Shown one piece after another: positions 40,060-53,692 of a DNA stretch of 64,000 nt. The notes under the pieces were generated by a model. It was not told the DNA's origin and did not search any database. It was given only the letters and a program-made list of their open reading frames with translations. The first letter of the stretch is position 1; each line of letters opens with the position of its first letter. The translations under genes and the position numbers were made by a program. Origin of the DNA: Phoronis australis (lineage: Eukaryota > Animalia > Phoronida); assembly GCA_002633005.1 (NCBI GenBank), contig NMRA01000183.1, positions 692,942-756,941 on the forward strand, given 5' to 3'.

Positions 40060-41710
40060 GGTCCCTATTAACTTCAGTATTTACACCTACACTCATTTTG
40101 TGGTAGTGGTGAATCTTTCACATTTCGATATTAATGTTTTGTGAAACTTGTCCTGTCCGACAAATAGAAATAAAATTTATTTATCCTGACATATCTCCAA
40201 CCAATGCCACTCCCTCTCATTGAACCATTAGCATACAGTGCATGTACATGTGTAACTTTACCTCGCCAAATGCGACTAAGCAAAAGTCACCAGGTCATCA
40301 AATTTAAAAACCGAGGCTGCCATTAAAAAGATTTACCTATTCTCTAATCAGTGATGGTACAAGTGACATGTCGTATATGCTTTAATTTATATTTTTTCTT
40401 CTGTAAAATGAAGAGGATTTTCAACATGCATTACACACCTGCAAGTCGGGAATGTGTCATGGGTTATAAATTGTATGCCTTTTTTCAGCCAGTGGAATTG
40501 TCAAAGGGAAACAACGCAGAGTGCTCAAAGCAAGAGTATCCTCCCACTGAAAAACATTTGTTGAAGAGGACACCGTGACCACTTAACAGGAAATGGAGAA
40601 AAAGGGGATAACTAATATGCGTGAATGTTTTTAATTGGAAAGTATTTGAAGAAGACTTAAAAGTGATACAATGCGAGGACATAAGGTCAGGTACAAACAT
40701 CACTTCAAAGCTCTGATTACATTGGATTAATTACAACATCCCCAGAAATAGTCCTACACTGTATTTAACATGCCAATTTTTGAGAACCACTTTGATACCG
40801 TTTGTTCAGTGGAGACAACTGGTTCTCAAAATGCAGGCAAGTTATATCGGTACACCGTTCTCAGGTGTTTGCTAGGTGTTACTTTTGAGTTATGTGATAG
40901 GCTCACTAATCCACTTTTTGTGCATTTCCAGAATATATTTTCGAAACTATACATCGTTCAAACACACGCTCCAGGGCCAGCTTCAACAATGTATCAAAAT
41001 TTCTTGGGGTCGATCAAGTTTTAAAGCCAAAGCAATAAAATACAGAGAGATAATAGACGATAGGTTCATAGCGTTCCTCATTGAAAACATCTGTGCACAT
41101 CGGAGTTGGTTGCAAAACACATAACAATTTATTTCAATTGAAGCTGAATTAATAAACAATGTACATGTAATACGTTTTTATGACTTCTAGAGTAACTGTG
41201 AGCACTGTAGTTGATTTGTGTGACCCCATGTCCCACATTTCCGTCTAATCCTAACGGTCACGACTTTAAGGCCTCATTCGAAATGGCTGGCGATGTGAGC
41301 GACCGTTTCAAAACTCTGCTTACGGAGACAAACACGGGTTAAGACTAGAAAAAAACGTATATTTGTGAAGGCTGATATATGTCTATGACATCACATGAGC
41401 AGCTGCTAACGGACATTGGGTAGTATGACAATCAGCTGCTTTTTATGCTTATATTCACGGCTTTAGGTCACCGGAGTCTATTAATGGAGGTCTGCTGGAT
41501 TGTATACCTGTTTCATTATTAACCTGTAACGACTAGTTTTTGTGGTTTCGATTTCAGATTTAAGCCCCTTCTTTAGCCAATTGAGTAACGTGTGAGAATA
41601 TTGCTTGGTTCTGTTGGCTGACTGTTTTATTTATCGCTTGTAGATAACCGTAATAAAACTGTTAGAGGAACCTGAAGCGTTATATTATCGCACATTAATT
41701 GTTATTGGAA

Positions 41711-44540
41711 ATGGCTGAGGCAGGGAATACCGAATAAACCAAATATGATTTCCTGTCTTAGAGTCTCCAAATCTTCAGCATCGATGTCAAACTGTGCTAA
41801 AAAGCAGAACTATTAAGTTGTGGTTAAGCTTCAAAAGACGAATTCAAAATTAAGCAGGAACAGTTTTTTCAGGAATCTAGAGCCAAGCAGCTATAGTTAA
41901 CGACAGAAATTAAGCAATAGAAACTAGACAAATAGTTACGAACGAACAGGGCACTAGTTTCGGTAAAAAACATATGTTTCGAACGGCGTCATCACCCTTT
42001 CAATTGTCGACGCATATGCCACTTGCTGTTCACGATTCACTAACAACCGTGCTGCACGATGTCAACCCGTCATTGACACTGCGTTACAAGCCACCTATTT
42101 CACACCAACGTCAGCGCCACCTGTCGAACACGATATTATGATCTAAGGTCAAAAACCTTCAACTCTATGCAGCTGATCGTGCCAACGTTTGTCTGCGCCA
42201 CTTGCTGTCCACTAATTGCCACTGCCCACGACCACTGGTTCCCACATTTCGCCGGTGTTGTTGCCATTTAGTACACATTCTACTTTGATATCAGCGATAC
42301 CTTGTGGGTGTCAAATGACAGCGCCATTAACCACTATTTCATCGGCTGTGGCTATTATTACGCCACCTGTCAGACTTCCGTCTTTGAAGAGAGCGCCAAC
42401 TACTTCTACCAGCCATATAGCCACGCCAGCACCAATGCAGGCCAGTAGTGTTTAGGCGCTCCTCCTCCTACACGTGCACGTATTCCTGCAGCACATGGTG
42501 TCACCTTTCATCCGGGTGCACAACCAGATCCTGTGTATTGCTCATATAATAGGTGCCATAATCTGAATCCATCGGTACCGGTGTTTCTCCCTTCTGACGT
42601 TTCAAATCAGTTTGAGAATAGATCTGATATTCGACATCATAACGTACTTACTACCTGTATACGACTGGTGTCTTCACTAGCGTTACCAAACACCGAGGTG
42701 CCCACCTTCTGTGGAGACGAGTAGGAGCGTCAAGTTTTCATAACATTGTTTGAGGATTGGAATTTCAAGTAAAGTAACTTCTTATTCTGATCTGCTCTAT
42801 TACTAGGCCTATCACTTAACAGCTGAACCCAAAAAATGTTATCGGTGCTTGTCTATGTATAGAATCTCACACAGGTTATGTCACTGTGAGGCAACTACGT
42901 CAGGAAGTGTATTGTGACCATTATCGTACATGTACAGTTGCCGCGTGCATTGAACGGCTAACGACGTGGCCCACGATCAAGCAAGACGATGGGCAAGGCT
43001 TGAAACTACTGTGCTGTTTCCTACAAAAATGCCGCCAAGCCATTATTGGTGGATCATAATCTAAACATGCAAACAGTGGTACGGAATTTTTTGTGTATGT
43101 GCAAAACAAATGGAATGACAGGGTAGCTGAGTTGCGTAGCTCGTGAGCAATTCCATATCCAGCGATTTGGTGATGTTCATTCAACGTTACGTCGCAAACC
43201 AATAATTACCTTGTGTTTGTACAAAAGAATATTTGAGCGACTGAATGTGTCATCGACCCCATTAGCATTGCACCTGAGCACTATGCACGGAAGTCCGTTA
43301 ATCGACGCCAGGGCCGTGGAAGAACACTGTGTCTCCGACTGGAACAAAGAGACTACCGAAGACTTATACTTAAGTGTGCCGTAGAAATAGATCATTGACA
43401 TATTACCCAGTCAAACATTTTGTGCAAGACTCCAGGTATGTCTGAAGTGTTTAAATTGACTCACATATATCACCCCAATCTCACCATAGACTTGCTTGTT
43501 GGTAGCAACTGCCCGGTGCACATAAACAATTACGTGTCGTAACCATGCAACAACACAGCACCTTTGCAGTGTTGTTACGGCATGGATCCGCTATTAATAA
43601 ACCTGATCTGCATCAATGTCTAATACTGTATCCCGTTGTCACATAACAGTCCAGAGAGAACATCAAGAAGCTTTGAATCTAATGATGTAATCCGTCTCCT
43701 TGAGTTTTATTTCAGAGATGACACCAGTGCAGTTACTGACCAACGTGGATTGTCTGTGGATCGGATGTTCCTGATTCTGGTGCCTAGTGGAACAAATATG
43801 AGAGGCGGTCAATACGTTATCCCACTCCATTTTCGTGACACGAACGCCAGCTCCCTTTCCCTGTAAAAACATTGTTCCTGTCACCTAATAGAAGCACAAA
43901 TCGGATATGATAAACTGGGTAGTCTGGGCCCATCAGCCATTGAAGGCAACCAGTCCAGGAAAAGGGCACGCCGAAAAAAACACACATGCTGCCAGGAAGA
44001 CGGGGCATGTTGGTTAAAGACTCCGGATAAACCTTCTGTACCAGTACTACCTACCCTGCAGACCAGAACCAGACATGCACGCTTTTTAGCCATAATGGCC
44101 AGGTACATTGTACGCTCGCTTTACAAAATGGGCTGCGGGAAAGTAGAATTATTCTCTCACTGGTTACGATTTTTGAGGAGGCAATATAATTATAACGTGG
44201 TGAAACGAAATTTCTCCAAGTTCGTTGCTTTGTAAACAAAATTTGCCTAGTATGTTTTTTGTTAACACGCTACAGGTTGCATGTGTCTTGTGAATAGCTC
44301 AACTTCTATGTTTTTGGTTGCATGATATCGCTGTGGCGGCCATATTTCAGTTTTGCATTGTCAAGTCCGCGTTGTTTCTGGAGCTTTTTTCTGTTTTTTT
44401 TTTCTTCTGTGGATAGATCATAACAGGCTATCGAAATTGCTTTTCTCTACGACTTACAGTTATTTCGTTATTTGAGATTTTCAGTTGTAAGCTACTCCTT
44501 GTCGAATCTTTCTAAATTTTGGTAAATGTATACATGTTTT
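41711..44540 (+). mobile_element. Decayed, internally deleted BEL/Pao LTR retrotransposon
   Basis: Gag remnants KDEFKIKQEQ...KQL*LTTEI, LPNTEVPTFCGD, DLLYY, YCDHYR..TVAACIERLTTWPTIKQDDGQGL...FLQKC (DUF1759-like). Protease-region LLVGSNCP. Post-integrase LPTLQTRTR. Purine tract GAGGAGGCAA (~44175) followed by a T-rich probable 3' LTR that is cut by the duplication at 44541. I could not pair the 5' LTR. Confidence 0.8.
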
Positions 44541-47115
44541 TTTTGTGGTGGTCATTTGTTAATAATAACATGTGGTACATAATTCTCAGTACAAACAGCC
44601 ATCTCAAGTTTGTAAAGAAGAAGAAATTTAGAGAGTTTCCAGCGACATTGTCAAATCCTTTCAGTTTCGTAGTGAGACTACATCACCTTAAGTGTTATTC
44701 CCTGACTTTATGGGTTTTGTGTGGTTGACTCTGTCCTGTATCAATTGGATAGTTGAAAAAGTCTAGAAGGTATTTGTTTATTGGAGTCATAACATTTGCA
44801 CTTTTGACTGTACAGATGTCCTTGTATTGTATTATGAAAACATCACAAGGAATAGTTTCAACTGAGGTGAGTTCTCTGTGGGGTAGATAACTTTCAAATG
44901 AGAAAAGGATTAAAATTGTCAAACATTGTGTTACTTTAGGTGTGTGATCTTCTATTAAGTAAGTACTTTTGAAAAACCAGTGCAAAATTTGAGTTTTGTT
45001 CTTCATTAAAAAGATAATAAATCCCTAAACCTGCATTGTTGTCTAGAACTTTTACTGCATATTTAGGGTTGGGGATGGGAATCTAAATACAATGGAATCT
45101 GAACCCAAACTATGACCAATACCTACACGATACATGGATATGAAAATTTGGTGTTTAGGTTCCATGGGAAGGATTCATGTGCGCGGTAAGAGTTACTGAG
45201 GTGCGTGATAAGTGTTTGTGGATAGTTTGGGATTCCTCTTCTGTGGTCATCTACGAGAAACCCGGTTGTATAGAGAACAATGGTGTAGTATATTCATTTT
45301 TCCTGTTGTTATAATAAAGATAATGGCAAGCATTTATCGGCAACGGCCTGATTTGCACCCAAGGTTCTATATCCATGTGACCTGTGTTGTTGTATCCAAC
45401 AATGACACAACGAAGGAAAACAATCATACGACCGATGGGCAATACACATGCGACGAGTTGCCATGGCCACTGGTGGAGTTTGTCTTGTGGTTCGAATGTT
45501 TTCAGAAAACTGAAAACCCGGTATTTCGTCAGGAAAACAAGACTTCTGCGGCCTTTTGTTTCATGTCGTACAAACAAATTGTGGTCATGCCACTAAACTT
45601 ATCATTCATTTGATATTGTAATGTATTGCCTAAATATTGTAATGTATTGCCTAAATATTTAATCAACAGAAAATCTGATTGGAATATGTGTGAAGAAATA
45701 CCCAAAATGGTTGACGAAGTTTGTATTTTATTAAATGAAAGTAACATTTTTGTCAACATTTTGGCCACGTTTCATTCTCATAGCAGTGCGCGCAAATTTG
45801 GTATAGCAATGTGTTAAACATAACCTCAAAATGGTATAAATTGTAAGGGTGGGGAATGTAGTAAAACTACTGTACTAAAAGAGGGTTACCGTAGTAAATC
45901 TGTATCATTTTCTTCAAGACATCTGTGTCACTGGCATCACTTTACAATGTCATGTGAATAAGAGTTTAATAGCTTTCATTCAAGGAAAAATATAAACGGT
46001 TAAATTTGGACAGCATTTACAGCGTGAAAACATGACTGCAAAGTCGTAAAATGTGTTTGAGCCCATAACTTTGGAAGAATGTAATATTTTGGGGAAATGT
46101 TTTATCACTGCTTATAGATTCCATGTGTCAAATATTGTGAACATCGGCTGCTCCCACCTTGCCTCTGGATGGCTTGTGCTCTCGTGTACTACCACTTAAA
46201 TTCAATCAAACATTTATTAGGATATGGGTCGTCCGTATCGGGAATTCGATTTCGGGCCGGAACAGTAACACGAACCGTCGAAGTGTGCACAGCAGATCTT
46301 GTAGCCAGCTAGATGTTTGAAGACTCGCCAAAATACAGCTAGGTACCACTGAACACTAAATATACTACATGTATTTATTTTGACGATAGTCTTCATACAG
46401 CTTGATAGTTGGCTAGATACCACTGAGTGTTCAGGGCTGAAAGACACCCTTTGTTTGACGAGTCAACTGCCCTCTCGAACTTCCTCGGATATGCCAGTCC
46501 GGGTCGTGACGTCGTTTGATTTGTAGTTTGGGTGTGTAGGTGTCGCGGAACCCAGGGCCATTCAGTAATTTGTTACTATGTGTATTTAGACCCAGGAGGG
46601 TACTCCACTTTTTTGACAGGACGTGCAGCAGAGAAATTAACATACCGACACATTTACATTATCAGAGCGGTAAATACGGATCCTTTAAAGAGTTAGTCCA
46701 ATTGAAAGGGACCCATTTGTTGGGACTTTTACAAAAAATACCCTTCCGCAGAGATTTGTTCCAGTAATGCAACCCACAGAAGGTTTATCTATTGAAACAA
46801 CACGTCGGACTTTAATTGTTTAAACAAAAAAATCTAAAATAGAATGTGAACCCTTCTGTAGAGTCCTGTTGCGAAAGTGAACCCTTTGTACAGTTCCTAA
46901 CCCATAAAGTGAACCTTTTTGTACCGTTCCTAACCCATAAAGTGAACCCTTTTGTACAGTTCGTAACCCATAAAGTGAACCCTTGTGTACAGTTCCTAAC
47001 CCATGAAGTGAAACCTTTTGTACAGTTCCTAACCCATAAACTGAACTCTTTTGTACAGTTCCTAACCCATAAAGTGAACCCTTTTGTACAGTTCCTAACC
47101 CATAAAGTGAACCCT
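44541..47115 (+). repeat. Recent ~2.57-kb duplication, truncated daughter copy of 59810-62386
   Basis: About 98% identical by eye to 59810-62386. Begins mid-sequence and ends inside the 33-bp minisatellite, lacking the right end and TSD of the MITE present in the other copy. Confidence 0.95.
46865..47115. repeat. Minisatellite, 33-bp unit CATAAAGTGAACCCTTTTGTACAGTTCCTAACC, 7-8 copies
   Basis: Read directly. Also present at ~62135-62386. Confidence 0.95.
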
Positions 47116-49373
47116 TAGCAAAGGCTATTATTTGGGCTTAGGTTTCGAATAAAAGTGTTTGCGTAAAGATCCGTTTCATGAAGTTTTTAACAAGAAAGAA
47201 GCGGAAATAGTGCCTTTAAGGCCAATTCAGTGCTCAAGCGCGGGAAAGCCTTTGCTGACTGTTATCTATCAACATAGTTTAAGTTTTAATATTACAACTT
47301 CAAAGACTGTTTGTTAGATTCTAACTCTTGGAGATTTCGTAAAAATCCTTTGGAAAGACTCGTGGTTTTGACGAAATTCCCAATAGGTTTTGCTCACGTC
47401 ATGAACTTGAGAGTCTCTATGTTCGTGCTACAGATCGCATTTTTCGTCTAATCGACTTTAAACTGCAGGTTACTTGCGAATTTTTTATCGGTTTGCAATA
47501 CTTTCGAGGAATATTTGTCATAATGAACAGACCCGTACATGTAGACTTTATAACGGGATCCACCATTTGACAGTTCTCAATCCAGCCTTCGTGTTTGAAA
47601 TGCTCATAAGTAAATCTGTTTTGCCGCCACTGCATCGAACATTCCTAATATATCCATAATTACGAACCATAAACAAATTTACACCAGGGTGTATGGTGCG
47701 TATGGTGTAGATTTACGTGCGGATGTAAGAGTGCTTTATATTAACGGGCTTTATGTTTATCTACCACTTGCAGTTCTGTGATTGACCTATCGCTCTGAAA
47801 TTTGGCATATCGGTAAATAAGTTAGTTAACTCAAGGAAGAGATTAGTTTCAATGACACTTATTTGAGTCAGATTTTGCTTGTCCATTTTACCCTAATCGA
47901 CACAAAGTTGTGTATTTAGTACAGTTTTTTACCAAGGCTAAACAACCGATTGTACGGTTCCTCCCCTTTGAAGACGCCTTTTTCGAAACGTTCCGACATC
48001 CAGAAGCCGTACAAAATGGCATGGCAAGCCTATGGCACACAAGAACGGCTAACCTTGACTTCGTTCTCAACGAATTCCTCCTAAGTAACGTTAGCAAATG
48101 TTTATGTACCGTTTATCAATATTGTTGCATCTGATTTCCCTACATGAATCTGTACATATTTTGTTTTTATATATCTGTAATAGCATATCTAAGTATTGGA
48201 TACTTATTTTAGATACTACTTAATTGTATATACCTCTATGTATATAAGTTTTATTTATGAATTGTTTACAACCCAGATATAATGCTTCGCGGTTTCTGGG
48301 TTTGTTATTATTTCTTTGTATGTTCTGTGTATCCTTCAATAAATACATATCACTGTTAAATGTAAAAAGACCGGCTGATACAATGACATAATACGATGTA
48401 AACTTTTAAAAATATGGTACTGCAGTGTGTGGTAAGCAGTCGAAGCCCCACCAGCCGCGTCTTTGACATGTCAGCCGATCAGCGATTGCTGTCAGGTTAT
48501 CAATCTTTTTATGAATGAGCTTTTATTTGGTGCACAACTCGGAGAAAATGTGATTTTTATTGGTATGTTAGAACCGGTTAACTGCTGCATTATTTTTACT
48601 ACAGCTCCCTTGTAAGCTGCTATCCTTCTGGAGAAACACGAGATTTTCCGATGGTTGCTCTTCAATTAAAGTCCAATATTTTCAATGTTTTTGCTTTGTT
48701 TCCATTGCGTCGCAGACTACACTATTTATATCCAAAATGCTTTTGTCATCACCGGCAACTTTGTTGTCGTTGATGTCATGAGCAGCAAAGTCTCTTGTCT
48801 GCAGTGGTTGCGAAACGCCTGAGTGACTCATTGAAAAAATAGCCGGTCTCGTACACTCGGCTCTGCGTTCCAATAACAGGCCAAATTAAAAAAATGTCTT
48901 TATATGACCCCTTATTCAGTATCAAAGACACATCAACCTCTAGACAACGGTTATGAATTAAACTCAAATCCAGTAGCTGGGCTAGCCAGACGAGATCCGC
49001 CCATACTCTATTGTCATGACTGGTTTGGATTTGAGATTTCGCCAAGGCAAGCGTTTTGAGATTGTTTCATATAAGCCTGGGTGAGTGAAATCACTATTAG
49101 GCAAGTAATTGCGAAAAGTTTTATGTCGAAACTGAACAATGTATTTGACTATGTAGTTTTTGCGCCGAAAACACAATTTTGGGTTTCTGTCCAAAAACTC
49201 ATTATAATGTCGTTAGAGTTTATGTCGAGACCGTGAGCCGATCAAAATCCAACAGAACCCACGGGTATATGGAAGTAAGGTAATGAATACATTGTGTTGA
49301 CTGCTGAAGTGAAGTAGGGCCTATAATCTGTATAATCATCTTAGTGCGTGTCTTGTTATATCATTGTTACTCA

Positions 49374-49577
49374 TTTATTCAATAGCTTTTCCATGCGTGA
49401 ACAAGGTTGTCAACTGTCCGAAAACTGCACAGAAAATAAACGAGTGCGAAAAGCCCCGGGTGAAAAGCGACTGTTGTTTTTCGTGCAAAAACCCTGTGCC
49501 ACCTAAGCCAGTCACAGGTGAGTTGATGCAGACGTGCTGTGGAGCCAACACTAGTAGCGAATTGGAATGATGTCATT
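49374..49577 (-). repeat. Third, inverted fragment of the repeat family at 27490-28472
   Basis: Reverse complement contains TCAACTCACCTGTG...AGGTGGC.CAGGGTT..TGCACGAA.AACAACA...CTTTTCACCC, as at 27539-27608. Confidence 0.75.
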
Positions 49578-50695
49578 AATGGGTCAATAGTTCATAATCC
49601 GCGCATCATTTGGATAAACAGCCTGCAATGGGGCTATAGCACCAAAGTCTTTGTATTTAGGAATTACATGCGTTTCTTCTGATTAACAAACATTTAGATA
49701 GGTTGTTTTGTAAAAATGTGCTTGACAAAATTTAGGACCATTTACTTGTTGGCACAAAGAACTCTATAACGGCAGTGTTTTCGCGCGTGGCCCATGCATT
49801 CTAGATAGCACCCGAGATTCCACGAGACTAGTCACGAGAATGTGCACTGTGAGTTTCCGGAGTGTTGTGGATAACAAGTCAAGCACAATTTCAATGCTTC
49901 GTTTTCGTTTCTGTCATTTCTGTTCATGGTGAAATCGTCAAACGATAATCTGGAGGTATGCTTTCAGACAAATACCCATGCCTCGGAAAAAATTAGTCAA
50001 TTTACAGCAGTGGTCGTCCTATGCACGCACCAACTGGACAACATGTCAAACTAAACGTTACGAGCTTTTTAAAAAGACAGACGAAAAATGTAATCCGCTG
50101 TTCAACAACATTACGGTGCCGGTACGTTTTTGTTTGTTGCGTGGTACATCTCAGCATTGCTTTTCAGCACAGTTGTCAGCCTTGTTTATTTTCGAATGTT
50201 ACCAAAAGAGGACTGAGGAAAATAACAATTTCAAAATATTTCCAACGAAACAGTTACTTGGAATACCTTTTAAATAGTACGTGACTTCCAAGGTTTTGTC
50301 TTAAATAGGCATGGAACGCAAGCGCTTACGAAATTATTATCTCGCAAAGTCGACCACAAAGTTATTCAATTTCCCCTGTGAGAAAAAAATCACAAAATTA
50401 ATTATTTTTGAAATATGCACGAGAAAATATTATGTAGTCACCACAGAGTTTCTAAGTTTAATCGAACTTAAGATAAATGCGCTCATGCGCTCGCAATCAT
50501 TCGACAAACAGTTGACTGACAAGGTGGTTATTAACGACAGGTTATGATATGCGATCGCCCTCCGAATCTGAGAACAACAGCAATGTAGTAAGGCAAGCGA
50601 TTTTCCATAAAGAATTCCAAGTGCATTTTATAATGTATAGTGATAACATTTTAACAAATTTAAAGCAGCTAGGACTTACGTCAATCGCCTCTTAA

Positions 50696-51447
50696 AGAGG
50701 CCACTGAAACAGAATTGAACCTGCTCATTAGGTATTTTAACGCTTATTTTGTAAAGATTTTCAATTTCCGTTGATATCGAAGCATTTCCTTTTAGTTTCA
50801 AACTTCAAAAAACGCTCTGTCAGCTGCTAGCCACTTCATTTATTTTCTTTCCACAAGACTAAGCACGTCTCCTCATTTGGTATGTCAACACACATTTCCT
50901 TTATATGGAACATGTGACCTTTAACGTCGAGCAACTTAAGCAACTGACTGTGAGCGAGATTAGAAACTTTGTGGTAACCACAGAGTTTTCCCAAAAATCG
51001 TGATTTTTTCTTGAAATTTCCTCACAGGGGAAACTTAGCTACACTGTATTAGGCTTCACGAGATAGTACTGTAGTCAGGAATTATTTCAAAGATATTTTA
51101 ACGACGTCTCGCGTTCCGGTTGTTGCTTTAAGTCGCTAACGTTTTGTTTAGTTCAAAAGTCAAAGGTCACATATTCCATATCAGGGAAATTTGCTACGCC
51201 TTCGTCTTGCCATACCAAATTAGGAAGCGTGCTTTGCCTCGTGGGAGAAAAATTGGATTAGTGACGACCATTTTACAAATCGTTTTTTATGAAAGTCAAA
51301 ACTTAAAGAAAAATGCTTTTACATCAACATATATTCAAAATCTTTACGAACAAATCGATCGTAGAAATACCCAGTGAACAGGATGACTTCTGTTTCAGTG
51401 ACAGAGAACTACTCTGAACAATGACATTTTGTGCGTTCAAGGCCTCT
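50696..51447. mobile_element. Old MITE with ~240-bp TIRs, probably Kolobok-type
   Basis: 50696-50930 is an inverted repeat of ~51155-51447 (CACTGAAACAGAA / TTCTGTTTCAGTG; ATATGGAACATGTGACCTTT / AAAGGTCACATATTCCATAT). TTAA|AG at the left end. Right end carries a ~40-bp insertion and a damaged TSD. Its interior matches 50340-50460 in inverted orientation. Confidence 0.6.
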
Positions 51448-52281
51448 AAGGAAGGTGATAATTTAAATTTTAGGGAGTTCCCCGATCATTTTGCTGCCTT
51501 TCGACGACAGATATCATCGCGAATCACCATCAATATTTAATAAGCTGTCAGTTTGTCCTTTTTATCACAGTAAGAGAACATGGCTACATTCAAGGAATTT
51601 GGTGTGAAAAAATGCATTCTTCATTTCCATTCTGTCCTTACCTGGTCAAAGAGGAGAAAACACCTAGATGACATGTGGTCAATTTTGTACCGAGCAACAC
51701 CTCCCCATAGGTGGTGGGCAAATACTGGGGTGGCAGTCGGCAAAGCTTCAGTAACCGATTTTCACCAAAATGAAGACTGACATTGGGCCTAAGAACCGGC
51801 GCAGGCGGAAAATTGGGAACAGTGAAATAATTTCCGCGATTCAAAGGATTTCAGTCAGATAATGGCAAAAAATATGGATCCCTCACAGTTTTTTGTTGAA
51901 AATTTAGTCAGACTTTCATTCAAATGTATATATCTTTATTTATTAAGTAGACCATTGGTCCCACTTGAAACATTTCACTTTAATTAAAAAGTCTTGATAC
52001 AGTAGCTTTTACAAAAGTTATTATAAACCATCTACTGCTACAGTGTACTAACTATCCGAAATACGAAGAAAGGCTTTTCTGATCGATAAAACATGGACAA
52101 TATCTATTGTGTACAGCTGTAATATACTGCGATGCATTTGATAATTACTGTAAATAGCTCATTACATGAAGTTTAAAAATTAAATCATTCCTTCAGAAAT
52201 AATAACGATAACGTGTTACCGTAAACAAGGCACTGGAACCTAATTTTACGATTTTAATGATACTTGTGAAAGTGCAGTGAC

Positions 52282-52372
52282 TAATAATAATGATAATAAT
52301 AATATCAATAACAACAGCAACAACAACAACATCAGCTACAATAACATTAACAAGAACAACAACAACAACAAC
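52282..52372. repeat. Compound (AAT)n/(AAC)n microsatellite
   Basis: Read directly. Confidence 0.85.
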
Positions 52373-52902
52373 TAAGACACAATGTAATTCTGAACACCTC
52401 TTGCGCAGTTGCCAACATTTGAGAATGAAAAGACAGGGCATTTGGATTGAAAAGCGGGGGCATTTGGATTGAAAAGCGGGTTGTTTGCATAAATTTTGAC
52501 AACATATGGCTCTATGACAAAACACAAGAGCGAAATGCGTAACACACAAAAATACCAACAACGTTTTTGTCGAACAGGAGACGTAACATCCAAAAGCGCC
52601 CGCCTGCGTGTTTAATTTAAGTCAAATTTTGAGTTCCTCAAAATCTCAGTAAGCATCCCGGGAAAGAACCGCTATGTCATGTGGGCAGTTACATGTTCAA
52701 TAGTATATGATCGTCATGTCAAGTTCGCCTTGTTTCAGAAAGTAGGACATCTTGATGGTGTTGCAGAATGGCTGGAAAACTCAAAACTGTGACGGTCTGC
52801 CAAGAGTGGGAAAATTGGAAAATGCAATGTACGAAGTCGATAACACAAAATATTTGAAAGGATTCTTTGAGGGGGTAACATTTTCAGTTTTCTTATTTTA
52901 TT

Positions 52903-53552
52903 TTACGGGTATGGAAATGTGCTACAGATAACATCATTACGGGTATAGAAATGTGCTACAGATAACATCATTACGGGTATAAAAATGTGCTACAGATAAC
53001 ACCATTACGGGTATAAAAATGTGCTGCAGATAACACCATTACGGGTATAGAAATGTGCTACAGATAACACCATTACGGGTATAAATATGTGCTACAGATA
53101 ACACCATTACGGGTATAGAAATGTGCTACAGATAGCACCATTACGGGTATAGAAATGTGCTACAAATAACACCATTACGGGTATAGAAATGTGCTACAGA
53201 TAACATCATTACGGGTATAGAAATGTGCTACAGATAACATCATTACGGGTATAAATATGTGCTACAGATAACACCATTACGGGTATAGAAATGTGCTACA
53301 GATAGCACCATTACGGGTATAGAAATGTGCTACAAATAACACCATTACGGGTATAGAAATGTGCTACAAATAACACCATTACGGGTATAGAAATGCGCTA
53401 CAGATAACATCATTACGGGTATAGAAATGTGCTACAGATAACATCATTACGGGTATAGAAATGTGCTACAGATAACATCATTACGGGTATAAAAATGTGC
53501 TACAGATAACATCATTACGGGTATAGAAATCTGCTACAGATAACACCATTAC
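52903..53552. repeat. Minisatellite, 34-bp unit TTACGGGTATAGAAATGTGCTACAGATAACAYCA, 19 copies
   Basis: Read directly. Head-to-tail units with no spacers. Confidence 0.97.
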
Positions 53553-53656
53553 TGCTCAGAAATCGAGTTAATGCAAGTAGCCGCGCAAAAGTTAAACATT
53601 GCACAAATCAATTATTTTACAAACAAAGGAAATCATTAATAATGTATACGTGCATA

Positions 53657-53657
<1 letters not shown>

Positions 53658-53692
<35 letters not shown>
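53658..53692. repeat. (CA)n microsatellite
   Basis: Read directly. Confidence 0.95.

Noticed and set aside
46366-46373. Using this TACATGTA as footprint evidence
   Set aside because: The paralog (~61627) reads TACACGTA with no length difference, so this site is uninformative or reflects CpG decay. It is a caveat to the footprint model.
46217-46447. THAP domain suggested by KICCAHF
   Set aside because: No upstream CxxxC, no properly spaced conserved W/P residues, and no AVPTIF-like motif.
47890-48350. LINE 3' end remnant (similar hint at 31730-32100, minus strand)
   Set aside because: Composition and AATAAA are suggestive, but no diagnostic motif could be read.
52193-52561. Transmembrane protein ORF with poly-V/poly-I
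   Set aside because: It is the translation of an (AAC)n/(AAT)n microsatellite.
52903-53552. CRISPR-like periodic repeat (also the 36-bp and 33-bp arrays)
   Set aside because: Units are head-to-tail with no unique spacers, there are no cas genes, and the context is eukaryotic.
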